Shown here: piece by piece, positions 1-9,727 of the stretch
Layout: each line of letters starts with the position of its first letter
Numbering within the stretch: the stretch's first letter is position 1
NCBI GenBank assembly: GCA_963726745.1
Contig: CAVSDR010000003.1
Coordinates: forward strand, 256,001-320,000
Length of the DNA: 64,000 nucleotides
Reading direction: 5' to 3'
Source of the DNA: an uncultured Verrucomicrobiae bacterium
GTDB taxonomy: Bacteria; Verrucomicrobiota; Verrucomicrobiia; Chthoniobacterales; UBA10450
Notes under the pieces: model-generated
What the model was told of the DNA's origin: nothing
Seen by the model: the letters and a program-made list of their open reading frames with translations, nothing else
Databases searched by the model: none
Program-made: the position numbers and the translations under genes

Positions 1-151
1 CGTAGCCCCACGGGCGAATGACCATGCAGCCGCGGACGTCCGAGCCTTCGGCCAATTCCGCCGCGCGGATGACCTGCTGATACCACTCGGGAAAATCGTC
101 TTCGCGCCGCGGGGTGATCGCGGTTTTTGCTGCCTTGGCCTGGTCGCTCAT
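1..151 (-). CDS. proS: Prolyl-tRNA synthetase, N-terminal part (runs off window start)
   Basis: Manual translation from ATG at 151: [50 protein letters not shown], the typical start of archaeal/eukaryote-type ProRS. Confidence 0.9.
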   Translation of the reverse strand, partial: MSDQAKAAKTAITPRREDDFPEWYQQVIRAAELAEGSDVRGCMVIRPWGY

Positions 152-237
152 GTGAGCGCGATACTTAACCGCTGCCGGGGGAAACGCCAGCGGGCTTTCC
201 CCTGCGAGCACCGCGCGAGGTGTGATAGCGTAGGCGT

Positions 238-576
238 ATGAAATTCACTTTTTGCCTGCTGGCCCTGGCCGCCGCGATTGCCCCGCTGCGCGCCGACGAA
301 GTCGACGGGAGCGATGTTCGCCGCGAGCTCCTCGAACGCGACGCGCGCGTCGCCAAGCTCTCGTTAGACGACCAGCTCAAGCTCCGCGCAGCCTCGCAAA
401 AAGCGGTCGACGATCCGGCGGTGAAAGCTGCTCTGGAGAAACGCAACGAAGCCATCCGCGTTTACCGCGAAGCGGTGCGCGCAGCGATGATCCAAGCCGA
501 TCCGAGCGTGGCCCCGCTTCTCGAGCGGATCGCAATCCCCGAGCGGCCGGCTGCGGCTGCGGCGGAAAAGCCGTAG
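238..576 (+). CDS. Small secreted helical hypothetical protein
   Basis: Signal peptide [19 protein letters not shown]; paralogous to the next gene. Confidence 0.75.
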   Translation: MKFTFCLLALAAAIAPLRADEVDGSDVRRELLERDARVAKLSLDDQLKLRAASQKAVDDPAVKAALEKRNEAIRVYREAVRAAMIQADPSVAPLLERIAIPERPAAAAAEKP

Positions 577-618
577 CGCGCAACTTTTCCCACCGGCAGG
601 GTTTTCATCCGCACACAC

Positions 619-960
619 ATGAAAACACTACTTATCGTTACCGCGCTCGGAGCCAGCATGCTCGCTCCCCTGGCGCAGGCAGGAAATCGCGAAGGCGGCG
701 GCCATTGGCGCCACGGCCGGCGCGCGGAGATGATGGAAAAATTCACCCCGGAAGAACGGACGAAGTTACGCGCCGCGAATCAAAAAGTGATGGCCGACCC
801 CGTGGTGCAAGCGGCCAAGGAGCGCGTGAAGCAGGCGCAGAAGGATTTCCGCGATCTCAAGCGCGCGAAGCTGCTGCAGGCCGATCCTTCGCTCCAGCCG
901 GTGCTCGACAAGATGCAGCAAGGGCGCGGCGGGGATAAAGCCGACCGACAGGATTCCTAA
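619..960 (+). CDS. Small secreted helical hypothetical protein (paralog of 238..576)
   Basis: Signal peptide; shares KLRAAxQKxxxDPxVxAA and QADPS motifs with the upstream gene. Confidence 0.8.
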   Translation: MKTLLIVTALGASMLAPLAQAGNREGGGHWRHGRRAEMMEKFTPEERTKLRAANQKVMADPVVQAAKERVKQAQKDFRDLKRAKLLQADPSLQPVLDKMQQGRGGDKADRQDS

Positions 961-978
961 CGAGTCCTCCGGCGCGCG

Positions 979-1638
979 CTAGTCGCCGCGCGCGACGAGC
1001 GTCCCGTTTGCGGGCGAGCCGCCTTCAGCGTAGCCGCCCGCAAACTCGATGCTGCAGATGCTCCCGTAGGTCGCATGTGGCCCAACGGCCGCGCCGGCAA
1101 AGTTGTACGCCGGGTTAAAGATATTGGCGCGATGCTTCCGCGAGCGCAGGCCGTCGTCGATGATCAAAGCGATCACGATTTCCCGCGCGGAGGTGCGACC
1201 GCAGGCGAGGTTTTCGCCCCAGGTGCCGGTCCAGGAGCCGTAGCGATTGATCCGCGTGCCGGTGTCGCTCCCGTCGCGGCCTCGGTGATTCATCCCGCCG
1301 CCTATCTGCTCCGCGCAATGGTCCCAGGCGGCGCGCGACATTCCGGGCGAAAACGCCAGTGGCTCGCGGGGGGCGGCGCGGCGGAGGAATTGGATCGCCT
1401 CGTCGAGGCCACGCGTTCCCTCTTTCGTCCGCAGCGGGGTGCGGCCGGGCGCGAGATACAACGTGCCTTGAAAGCGGCCGCGCATTTCCTCGAGGAAATC
1501 GGCGTAGAGCATGGGGTTCTGGCGCGCGAGATTCATTTCGTGCACGATCGCCGCAGCCGGGACCTCCAGCGACGCCGCGGAAACCGGGAAAACGCTCGCA
1601 AAAACAGCCAGCAAGATGAGCAGCGAAGCGCGCGACAT
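979..1638 (-). CDS. CAP/SCP-domain secreted protein
   Basis: Signal peptide; HxGRDGS, GENLA, HRANIFNP motifs. Confidence 0.85.
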   Translation of the reverse strand: MSRASLLILLAVFASVFPVSAASLEVPAAAIVHEMNLARQNPMLYADFLEEMRGRFQGTLYLAPGRTPLRTKEGTRGLDEAIQFLRRAAPREPLAFSPGMSRAAWDHCAEQIGGGMNHRGRDGSDTGTRINRYGSWTGTWGENLACGRTSAREIVIALIIDDGLRSRKHRANIFNPAYNFAGAAVGPHATYGSICSIEFAGGYAEGGSPANGTLVARGD

Positions 1639-1702
1639 ATGCGCGGTTTACAAGCAGGCCCGGTGCCAGCATTTCGCCCGGCACACGAGGGCGAATCGCT
1701 AT

Positions 1703-1731
1703 TTGACACTCCGCGGCATCACTCCTACTTT
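1703..1731 (+). promoter_or_regulatory. Sigma70-type promoter of rplM-rpsI
   Basis: TTGACA (1703-1708), 17 bp spacer, TACTTT (1726-1731), ~20 bp before the rplM ATG. Confidence 0.7.
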
Positions 1732-1750
1732 GCGGGCCCTTTCCCAGCCG

Positions 1751-2182
1751 ATGAAGACGTTTTCTGCCAAAGCCAACGAGGTCCCACGCAAGTGGTGGAT
1801 CATCGACGCCAATAATCAAATCCTCGGCCGCGTAGCCGTGAAAGCCGCCAATCTCCTCCGGGGAAAAGAAAAGGCGATCTACACCACGCACGTCGACACG
1901 GGCGACTTCGTCGTCGTGATCAACGCCGAGAAGGTTCGCCTGACCGGCAAGAAAGAGGACCAGAAAACCTACATGAGCTACTCCGGCTTTGTCGGCGGCC
2001 ATAAGTCGGAAAACGCCAAGGCCCGTCGCGAGCGCCATCCGGAGTTGATGGTTGAGCGCGCGATCCGCGGGATGATTCCGCACAATAAACTGGGCCGTCA
2101 GGTTTATCGCAAGCTCAAGGTCTACAAGGGCGACCTCCATCCGCATGTCGCCCAGGCGCCCGCCCCGGTCGCTCTCGCCTAA
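1751..2182 (+). CDS. rplM: 50S ribosomal protein L13
   Basis: MKTFSAK..WWIIDA..LGRVA..LRGKEK..DTGDFVVVINAEKV; ATG at 1751. Confidence 0.97.
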   Translation: MKTFSAKANEVPRKWWIIDANNQILGRVAVKAANLLRGKEKAIYTTHVDTGDFVVVINAEKVRLTGKKEDQKTYMSYSGFVGGHKSENAKARRERHPELMVERAIRGMIPHNKLGRQVYRKLKVYKGDLHPHVAQAPAPVALA

Positions 2183-2197
2183 TCTCTCTTTCCTCTC

Positions 2198-2593
2198 ATG
2201 GCTACCACTGAAGAATTCATCGCCACCGGCCGCCGCAAAACCTCCGTCGCGCGCATTCGCATGTCCGCCGGAAGCGGCAAACTCGACGTCAACGGCAAGG
2301 CGTTTGAAGAATATTTCCCGACCATTCCGCTGCAGAACACCGTCCTCCAGCCGCTCCAGGCCGTGAAGCTCGCGACCTCTTACGATGTCTCGATCAACGC
2401 TGCCGGCGGCGGTCCCACCGGCCAGGCCGGGGCGGCGCGTTTGGCGATCGCCCGCGCTTTGCTCCAAGTGGACGCAAATCTTCGCGGCACGCTTAAGGCC
2501 GAGGGTCTCCTTCGCCGTGACCCACGGATGAAGGAGCGGAAGAAATCCGGCCAGCCGGGTGCGCGGAAGCGCTTCCAGTTCTCGAAGCGCTAA
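2198..2593 (+). CDS. rpsI: 30S ribosomal protein S9
   Basis: TGRRKTSVAR, GGGPTGQAGA, ERKK.G..GARKRFQFSKR. Confidence 0.98.
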   Translation: MATTEEFIATGRRKTSVARIRMSAGSGKLDVNGKAFEEYFPTIPLQNTVLQPLQAVKLATSYDVSINAAGGGPTGQAGAARLAIARALLQVDANLRGTLKAEGLLRRDPRMKERKKSGQPGARKRFQFSKR

Positions 2594-2616
2594 GAGCGAT
2601 TTTCAGAGTTCCCGGG

Positions 2617-2647
2617 AAGGCGCGCTGCGGCGCGCCTTTTCATTTTT
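2617..2647 (+). terminator. Rho-independent terminator after rpsI
   Basis: AAGGCGCGC-TGCG-GCGCGCCTT hairpin followed by a T-rich tract. Confidence 0.8.
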
Positions 2648-2668
2648 AGCCGGCAACTTCAGCACGCC

Positions 2669-3361
2669 TTACGGCTGCGTGGGCGCCGGAGAAGCAACCG
2701 CTCCCGGGGAAGCCGCCGGGGCGGCGCTCGCGGCCGGTGCCGGCGCTTTCAGCGTGCGTAAAGATTGGGATGCCTCGTTGGCCACGGCGCTGTCGCGGTA
2801 TTGCGTCAGGATCGTTTCCGCGACCTGGCGCGCCTGCTCGATCTGGCCTTTTTGTTTCAAGAGCGCGACCTGCGCGAGAAGGGCCAGCGGAGCGTTGAAA
2901 TCGCGCGGGTGCTCCGAGGCAACGCGGCGATAGGCGTCGAAGGCTTCGTCGGTTTTGCCGAGCGAATCGAGATTGGCCGCTTGCGCCATTTTCGCGGTAG
3001 TCACGAACTCGTGTTTCGGATGCTGCGCGACAAATTTCTCCAGGGTCGCGTTGGCTTCGGCGAATTTTTTCTCCTTCCGCTGCTCCGCGGCGAGCAAGAG
3101 ATACGCGGTCGAGCCGGCGCCGGCGCTGCTGTATTGCGCAATCACTTTCTGGAAGTCGTCGGCTGTTTTCGCCTGGGCCAACATCGCCGCGGCGGCATCT
3201 TCCCGGCGCTGGTTATAAAGATGGAACGCGCCCCAGGCGATCGCACCGAGGATGATCGCGAGCAGGCCCGCGAGGATGGGCGTCTTATAGCGCATCCAGA
3301 CAATTTGCGAGTCGAGGACGGGATCGGGCGTGGACGTGGCGGTGGAAGGGAGAGCAGTCAT
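2669..3361 (-). CDS. Membrane-anchored TPR protein (YfgM-like)
   Basis: N-terminal TM helix then TPR-like helices; probable start MTALPST at 3361. Confidence 0.75.
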   Translation of the reverse strand: MTALPSTATSTPDPVLDSQIVWMRYKTPILAGLLAIILGAIAWGAFHLYNQRREDAAAAMLAQAKTADDFQKVIAQYSSAGAGSTAYLLLAAEQRKEKKFAEANATLEKFVAQHPKHEFVTTAKMAQAANLDSLGKTDEAFDAYRRVASEHPRDFNAPLALLAQVALLKQKGQIEQARQVAETILTQYRDSAVANEASQSLRTLKAPAPAASAAPAASPGAVASPAPTQP

Positions 3362-3465
3362 TGGCAAAGCACGCGCCGGTGCGGCGCGGAGTCGTGATAT
3401 GCCACGCGCGGCTTTCCCGCGCAAGAGCACAGGGCCGGGCGGCGCATCCCCCGCGAATTCCTCAG

Positions 3466-3981
3466 ATGGGCCGCAACATCTGGCTGACTGCAATGGGTCT
3501 GGGCGTCGCCGCGAGTCTGCTGGCTGCGGCATGCTCCGAAAAGGCGGCCCCGGCGCGCCCAGGAGCGCTCCGCGAGGAGAGCGACGCCGACCGGCCCGAG
3601 GAAGACCAGATTGCGGAAGATTGCGTGGCCTTCGTCCGCGCTACGAAAGTGGTTCCCGCGCGCGCCCCCCGGGCGGACTGTCCGGAGTGTCCCGCTGCCG
3701 GGGCAGAGGCGTTAAAGTTTCAACATATGGAAATGGAGGCGATCTCCTGCTCGGAAGAAACGTGCACGGTGAAGGTGACGCTTCACGCGGTCTTCCAACC
3801 AGCCACGGGCGACGCCATCGCCGGCGGATTAACCGCGTGGATTCCTCCGGAGCAACGCGCAGGCTATTTGCATGGACAGCCGCCCGCGGGCGAAAAGGTT
3901 TTTCCCGTCGTCATCACTTACCAGCGGCGCGCGGAAGGATGGCGGGCGATCGAATTCGATCGACCTTCGCCATCGAAGTAG
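3466..3981 (+). CDS. Hypothetical lipoprotein
   Basis: MGRNIWLTAMGLGVAASLLAAAC lipobox-like signal. Confidence 0.6.
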   Translation: MGRNIWLTAMGLGVAASLLAAACSEKAAPARPGALREESDADRPEEDQIAEDCVAFVRATKVVPARAPRADCPECPAAGAEALKFQHMEMEAISCSEETCTVKVTLHAVFQPATGDAIAGGLTAWIPPEQRAGYLHGQPPAGEKVFPVVITYQRRAEGWRAIEFDRPSPSK

Positions 3982-4108
3982 CGCCCTTCGCTTCCATCGC
4001 TTCGCGGCATACACCCAATCGGCTGCGCGAAGACGAAATATCTGCATTCGGTGTCCCACAGCGCCCAACGACCGCTGTGCGTGCCCCGTCCGGAGGTTTC
4101 CCCATCCT

Positions 4109-7100
4109 ATGAAAATTCGTTTCCCTCGCCACGCAGCGTTGCTGCGCCCTGTCCTTGCCTTCTCCCTCTGCTTCGCGGCCGCGATGCTTCTCCTGCTCGC
4201 CTTGGCCAAGGCGCAACTGACCGAGACCTCGCCGCCTTGGCTGAAGCGATTCGCCTCCGCCTTCGGCGTCGACTCAACCTTCCATCGTCCTGCCGGCGGT
4301 GGAGGGGCCTCCGTTAAACTGGACAAGAATCCACCGGAAGCGCCGGCAGTGCTCCCGCAAGGAACACGCGCGGCCCGCTCCAGTCAGGCGACCCGCGATC
4401 AAGGCCCGGTGACGCCGGTTCGCAGTGGGAAATTGCGCGCCCTGCCGCCAATCGATCCCGAGACGGTGACCAAGCATTATCACGTCGAGCCCGTTTATCC
4501 CGAACCGCCGACGCGCAGCGGTGCGCCCGATGGCCCCATCCAAACGGAAGCCGGGGCCGTGACCTCAGCCCCGAGTCCCGCAGGCATCAGCTTCGACGGT
4601 GTTGGCGTGGGCCTGGGGACCTACAGTCCTTCGAGCAATCCGCCGGACGTGAATGGCCGAGTCGGCGCCACGCAGTATGTGCAGTGGAACAACACCAGCT
4701 TCGCGGTTTTCAACAAAACGACCGGCGCGCTCGAATACGGTCCTGCTGCCGGGAACACGCTCTTCCAAGCGCTCGGCGGTGTCTGCGCCTCGCACAATGA
4801 TGGCGACCCGGTGGTCTCCTACGACATTCTCGCAGGACGCTGGGTGCTTTCGCAATTTGTCGTCGGCGGCCCGGCGGGCGGCTACTCGCACCAATGCTTT
4901 GCGGTCTCCACCACCTCCGATGCCACCGGCGAGTATTACCTCTACGACTTCATTACCGACCCGGTGAATTTCGTCGATTATCCGCACCAGGGCGTCTGGC
5001 CGGATGGTTACTACATGGCTGCACACGTCTTCAGCGCCGGGCCGATTGAAGTGCCGGTGGCGGTGCCCGGGGCTTTCATCGAGGGACGCACGTATGTCTT
5101 CGAACGGGAGAAAATGATCAAAGGGCTTCCGGCGCGACAAGTAAGCGTCGAGATGGGACGCCAGATCGGCCATCTGCCGGGCGATCTGGATAGCTTAACG
5201 CCGCCGCCCGTGGGCGAGGCGGCATTTGTCCTGGGACCGAACGAAGCCCTGACGAATATCACGAACTCGTATCGCTTGCAGGTGACGTGGGATCCGACCC
5301 CGGCGGTGGCCGTCACCCGCGGACAGATTCTCTTCGGCACCGGCACGCCGCCCTGCGTGAACGGGCAGGCCTCCCCCGCGCGCGATTGCGTCCCGCAGCC
5401 TGCGCCGGCCACAGGTCTCGATTATCTCGACCGCCTTTCGGGCCGCTACATGTATCGCCTGGCTTACCGCAACCAGGGCACGCCAGCGGTGGCTGATGAG
5501 TCGCTCGTGGTTAGCGCGCCCACCTCGGGCAGCACGAGCACCCCGGCGCACGGGGCAGTGCGCTGGCTGGAGTTCCGCAACGCCGGCGATTCCCTCGCGA
5601 CGCCGACTCTTTTCCAGTCCGGCACTTTCGATCCGGACATTAGTTATCGTTGGATGCCTTCAGTCGCGATGGATAAGGATCGCAACATTGCGCTCGGCTA
5701 CAGCAAGTCGAGCCTCACGATCAAGCCGGGCATTTATCTCACCGGCCGGCTGGCGGGCGATCCCGTCGGCCTCATGGGCGCGGAGGCGGAAATACAGCCA
5801 GGCTTGGGCGTGCAACTGGGTGCCGGAAATCGCTGGGGCGATTACACCGCGATGACCTTGGACCCGATCGACCAGTGCACCTTCTACTACACCAACGAAT
5901 ATCTGAAAACGACCGGCAGCTTCAATTGGTCCACCCGCATCGCCGGCTACCGGTTCCCCACCTGCACCTCGGCAGCGAATCTCTGGGGCACCGTCACCGG
6001 CACCATTACCTCCGCTGAAACCGGAGCGCCGATCTCCGGCGTGCGCGTTTCCTTGAGCAACGATTACGCCGGCGCCAGTAATGCCAGCGGCGTTTACACC
6101 ATCCTCGTGCCCGCAGGGACCTACACCGCGATGGCGGCCGACGCTGCCCGCAATTGCGCCTCGGCCTCGCCGGCGTCGGTCACGGTCTCCCCGCCCGGCG
6201 GCGGGTCGGTCGTCCAGAATTTTGTCATGAGCGGCGTCTCCAAGCTGGAAGCGAGCGGAGCCACAATCGATGACTCGTTAGGCAACGGCAATGGCATCGT
6301 CAATCGCGGCGAATGCGTCCGGGTGAACCTGGGAGTGAAGAACAATGGCTGCGCCAAAGCGTCGGCTATTTCCGCGCAGCTCACCACCACCACGCCCGGC
6401 GTGACCGTGGTCGACGGTGCTTCCAGCTACTCCGACAAAGCGATCGATGAAAGCGGCAACAACCAGACGCCCTTCAAGATCTCGGTGTCCGATTCCTTCG
6501 GCTGCGGCACCGAGATCGCGCTCGCGCTCAACCTCACCTACGCGAATGGCACCAAGACGATCAACTATTCCATTCCCACCTGCGCCGGCGGCCCCGATCA
6601 GGCGATCCCCTCGAGCCAGTTGACCACCAGTGATGCCACCCAGCAGGATCGCCTGGGCCGCAACGGCCGGCCGAGCACCTGTGCGGGCAAGGCCAGCCCT
6701 GGCGGCGGCTTCGCGGGCACGAAGTACTACAAGACCTTTACCTTCACCAACACCGCGGGCGCGCCGCGCTGCTACACGGTCACGATCAATGCCGGCCTCA
6801 ACGGCCCCGGCGATATCGAAAGCGCGGCCTACGACCAGGTCTACGATCCGGCCAACCTGAGCACGAATTACCTCGGCGACACCGGCATTAGCGGCCTCGG
6901 CACCACCGTCGATACCGCCAGCTACGCCTTCACCGTTCCGGCAGGGCATAACTTCGTCATCGTGGTCAACACCACCGGCTCGAACACTTCCGGCAACATC
7001 GCCTCCTCGCCCTTCAGCGGCACGGTTTCCGGATTCATCAACAACGCCGCCGGGCCCGGCGACTGCGCATCCCTTCCGCCGATTCCCGCGCTGCTCAGCG

Positions 7101-7591
7101 GCGCCTCGCGCCTGACCCATGGTTCCGCCGGGACCTTCGACGCGCCCTTGCCGCTGGATGGCAGCGGGATCGAGCCGCGCCGCGGGAACGGCAATTACCT
7201 GGTCGTCCTGCATTTCGACCGCGCCGTGCAAAGCGGCAGCGCCACCGTTTCCTCGGGCACCGGGATGGCGGCGCCGCCGACCTTTAGCGGCAATGACATG
7301 CTCGTGCCCTTGAGCGGCGTCGCCGATCAGCAGCGCCTCACGCTCACGGCTACGAACGTCTCCGGCGCGGGTGGACCGGTCCTGGCCTCGGTGAATCTGC
7401 AGATGACCTTCTTGATTGGCGACACGAATACGGACCGCACCGTCAATGCAGGCGATGCCTTGCAGACCCGCGATCGCTCCGGCCAACTCAGCGACATGAC
7501 GAACTTCCTCACGGACGTGAACCATGACGGCACGATCAATGGCGGCGACGCCATCATCGTGCGCGGGCAGTCCGGGAAAACGGTCCCGTGA
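4109..7591 (+). CDS. Large secreted multidomain protein with carboxypeptidase-regulatory-like domain and C-terminal dockerin-like repeat
   Basis: Signal peptide; PPDxNGxVG and RWGDY motifs; GTVTGTIT..GAPISG domain; C-terminal GDTNTDRTVNAGD/DVNHDGTINGGD EF-hand-like pair. Confidence 0.8.
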   Translation: MKIRFPRHAALLRPVLAFSLCFAAAMLLLLALAKAQLTETSPPWLKRFASAFGVDSTFHRPAGGGGASVKLDKNPPEAPAVLPQGTRAARSSQATRDQGPVTPVRSGKLRALPPIDPETVTKHYHVEPVYPEPPTRSGAPDGPIQTEAGAVTSAPSPAGISFDGVGVGLGTYSPSSNPPDVNGRVGATQYVQWNNTSFAVFNKTTGALEYGPAAGNTLFQALGGVCASHNDGDPVVSYDILAGRWVLSQFVVGGPAGGYSHQCFAVSTTSDATGEYYLYDFITDPVNFVDYPHQGVWPDGYYMAAHVFSAGPIEVPVAVPGAFIEGRTYVFEREKMIKGLPARQVSVEMGRQIGHLPGDLDSLTPPPVGEAAFVLGPNEALTNITNSYRLQVTWDPTPAVAVTRGQILFGTGTPPCVNGQASPARDCVPQPAPATGLDYLDRLSGRYMYRLAYRNQGTPAVADESLVVSAPTSGSTSTPAHGAVRWLEFRNAGDSLATPTLFQSGTFDPDISYRWMPSVAMDKDRNIALGYSKSSLTIKPGIYLTGRLAGDPVGLMGAEAEIQPGLGVQLGAGNRWGDYTAMTLDPIDQCTFYYTNEYLKTTGSFNWSTRIAGYRFPTCTSAANLWGTVTGTITSAETGAPISGVRVSLSNDYAGASNASGVYTILVPAGTYTAMAADAARNCASASPASVTVSPPGGGSVVQNFVMSGVSKLEASGATIDDSLGNGNGIVNRGECVRVNLGVKNNGCAKASAISAQLTTTTPGVTVVDGASSYSDKAIDESGNNQTPFKISVSDSFGCGTEIALALNLTYANGTKTINYSIPTCAGGPDQAIPSSQLTTSDATQQDRLGRNGRPSTCAGKASPGGGFAGTKYYKTFTFTNTAGAPRCYTVTINAGLNGPGDIESAAYDQVYDPANLSTNYLGDTGISGLGTTVDTASYAFTVPAGHNFVIVVNTTGSNTSGNIASSPFSGTVSGFINNAAGPGDCASLPPIPALLSGASRLTHGSAGTFDAPLPLDGSGIEPRRGNGNYLVVLHFDRAVQSGSATVSSGTGMAAPPTFSGNDMLVPLSGVADQQRLTLTATNVSGAGGPVLASVNLQMTFLIGDTNTDRTVNAGDALQTRDRSGQLSDMTNFLTDVNHDGTINGGDAIIVRGQSGKTVP

Positions 7592-7595
7592 GCGC

Positions 7596-8207
7596 TTAAC
7601 TCGCGGACTTCCGGCCGGCTTTTCGCAGCGCGATTTGGTCCGAGGGACGCGTGTCGGCTTTGAGAAACTTTCGCATCAAGGCCAGCGCCTCGTCATTTTC
7701 ACGCGGCGTGTTTGAGGCGCAGCAATCCTCCGGGATGAGCAGGTCGTAGTCGCGCATGTAAGCGTCGTTCGCGGTGAAGAGGACGCAGAAGTTGCCGGCT
7801 AATCCCGTGAGGATGAGCCGGCGCGATCCGAGGTAACGCAGGAGCGTTTCCAAAGTGGTCGCGAAAAACCCGGAGTGCTTCGGCTTGAGCACAAAGTAAT
7901 CGTCCTTCGCCGGGCGCAGCATTTCGGCGATCTTGCGGCCGCGCACTCGCTGCGCGAGGCAGTGCCGGATGGTGCGCTGGAAGTCGGATTGCCAGCGCCC
8001 GAAGTTGTCGTTCACGTAGATCACCGGCACGCCGGCCTGGCGCGCCCGGCGTTTCAGGCGGCGGAGGTTTTTCGCCATCGCGAGCGCCTGCGGCAGCATC
8101 CCCTCGGCCTCGGGGAAATCGAGGTCGTTGATCACGTCGATCAAGAGCAGCGCCGTCTCGCACTTGTCCGGCGCGTTCCCGTGCAGGTCGGAGTTCTTCG
8201 GCGGCAT
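7596..8207 (-). CDS. Isochorismatase-family cysteine hydrolase
   Basis: ALLLIDVIND, KPKHSGFF.T.L, G.AGNFCVLFTANDAYMR; start MPPKN at 8207. Confidence 0.9.
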   Translation of the reverse strand: MPPKNSDLHGNAPDKCETALLLIDVINDLDFPEAEGMLPQALAMAKNLRRLKRRARQAGVPVIYVNDNFGRWQSDFQRTIRHCLAQRVRGRKIAEMLRPAKDDYFVLKPKHSGFFATTLETLLRYLGSRRLILTGLAGNFCVLFTANDAYMRDYDLLIPEDCCASNTPRENDEALALMRKFLKADTRPSDQIALRKAGRKSAS

Positions 8208-8251
8208 GAGGTTTTCACCCAGGCCGGCGAAGGCCGTGAGCGTGGGACGCG

Positions 8252-8530
8252 TCAGCTCTTTTTCCGCGAGCTCTTCTTGGCGCTGCTTTTCTTGGCGCTC
8301 TTCTTTGCGCCACCGCTCTTCTTCCCGCCTTTGCGCGAGCTGACTTTCGAGCTCTTCTTGCCGCGACCGGAGCCGGATTTCTTCCCGCCCTTGTCCTCTT
8401 TGTTGACCGTGGCCCAGGCGCGGCTCTCGGCTTCTTTTTTGGAAACGCCGCGCTTCTCGTAGCCCTCTTCGATATGCTCGGCTTTGCGCTTCTGTTTGTC
8501 GGTGTAAGCCGACTTGTCCCCTTGTGGCAT
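8252..8530 (-). CDS. Small basic protein ('plasmid stabilization protein'-like) with K/S-rich tail
   Basis: MPQGDKSAYTDKQKRKAEHIEEGYEKRG..RAWATVNK is a conserved family signature. Confidence 0.8.
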   Translation of the reverse strand: MPQGDKSAYTDKQKRKAEHIEEGYEKRGVSKKEAESRAWATVNKEDKGGKKSGSGRGKKSSKVSSRKGGKKSGGAKKSAKKSSAKKSSRKKS

Positions 8531-8656
8531 ACGTCCTCCTGGTTTTTGCGCGCGACCCTTTCGCACGCTTCAATTTCCGAATCGCAACCGACCTAGCGAC
8601 TGGATTGGTCGCGAAAGATTGGACGCCGCCGCCTCCGCCGTGGAAACTCCGCTCCT

Positions 8657-9727
8657 GTGCCGCACGACAAACTTTTCATTCCCGGCCCGGTCGAGGTCTC
8701 ACCGAAGACTTGGGAAGCTTTCACCCGGCCGATGATTGGTCACCGCTCGGAGGCCTTTCGTGAGCTTTACCGGGCAATCCACCCGCCGCTGCAGGAACTC
8801 TTCGGCACAAAACAGCCGGTCTTCCTCTCCACCTCCTCGGCCTGGGGCGTGATGGAAGCCGCGATCCGCAACGTGGTCCAGGAGCGCGTCCTTTGCTGCA
8901 TGTGCGGCGCCTTCTCCGACAAGTGGCTCGACGTCGCGCGCCGCTGCGGGGTGCAAGCCGAGGGCTTGCAGGTGGAATGGGGCCGGCACATCGACCCCGC
9001 TGCGCTCGACGAGAAATTAGCCAGCGGGATGTTCGACGCGGTTACCCTGATCCACAACGAAACCTCCACCGGTGTAATGAATCCCCTCCCCGAGATTTGC
9101 TGCACCCTCGCCAAGTATCCCGAAGTCGCGCTGATTGTGGACACAGTTTCCTCCTTCTCCACCATGCCGATCCCGATGGACTCGTTAGGCATCGACGTTC
9201 TCCTCACCGGCAGCCAGAAAGCACTCGCGCTCCCGCCGGGCTTCTCGCTCTTCGCGGTCTCGCCGAAGGCGATGGCGCGCGCCGCGGAGGCAGAAAATCG
9301 CGGCTACTACTTCGACTTCCTCGAGTTCGCGAAGAACCAGGAAAACGACATGACGCCCACGACCCCGAGCGTGGCCCACATCCATGCGCTGCAGTCGCAG
9401 CTCGAGATCATGCAAGCCGAAGGCCTGGCGAATCGTTTCGCGCGCCACGCGCGCACGAACGCGCTGGTGCACGACTGGGTGCGAGCGCGCGGCTTCGAGT
9501 TTTTCGCCGAGGAAGGCTACCGCTCCGTCGGCCTCACCTGCGTACGAAACAGCCGACAAATTGATGTGGCCAAATTAGTCAGCGATCTGCGCGCGAAGCA
9601 TCATCTGGTGATCGACGGCGGCTACGGCAAGCTCAAAGGGAAGACCTTTCGCCTCTCCAACATGGGCGACGAAACCGAGGAAACCGTGGCGCATCTCCTG
9701 CGCTGTCTCGACGATTGTCTCTCCTGA
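8657..9727 (+). CDS. Class V PLP aminotransferase (alanine-glyoxylate/serine-pyruvate family)
   Basis: LFIPGP, HNETSTG, GSQKALALPPG (PLP lysine). Confidence 0.92.
   Translation: MPHDKLFIPGPVEVSPKTWEAFTRPMIGHRSEAFRELYRAIHPPLQELFGTKQPVFLSTSSAWGVMEAAIRNVVQERVLCCMCGAFSDKWLDVARRCGVQAEGLQVEWGRHIDPAALDEKLASGMFDAVTLIHNETSTGVMNPLPEICCTLAKYPEVALIVDTVSSFSTMPIPMDSLGIDVLLTGSQKALALPPGFSLFAVSPKAMARAAEAENRGYYFDFLEFAKNQENDMTPTTPSVAHIHALQSQLEIMQAEGLANRFARHARTNALVHDWVRARGFEFFAEEGYRSVGLTCVRNSRQIDVAKLVSDLRAKHHLVIDGGYGKLKGKTFRLSNMGDETEETVAHLLRCLDDCLS

Noticed and set aside
8252..8530. Toxin-antitoxin or plasmid element
   Set aside because: The family label is nominal; no toxin partner, replication or mobility gene is nearby.
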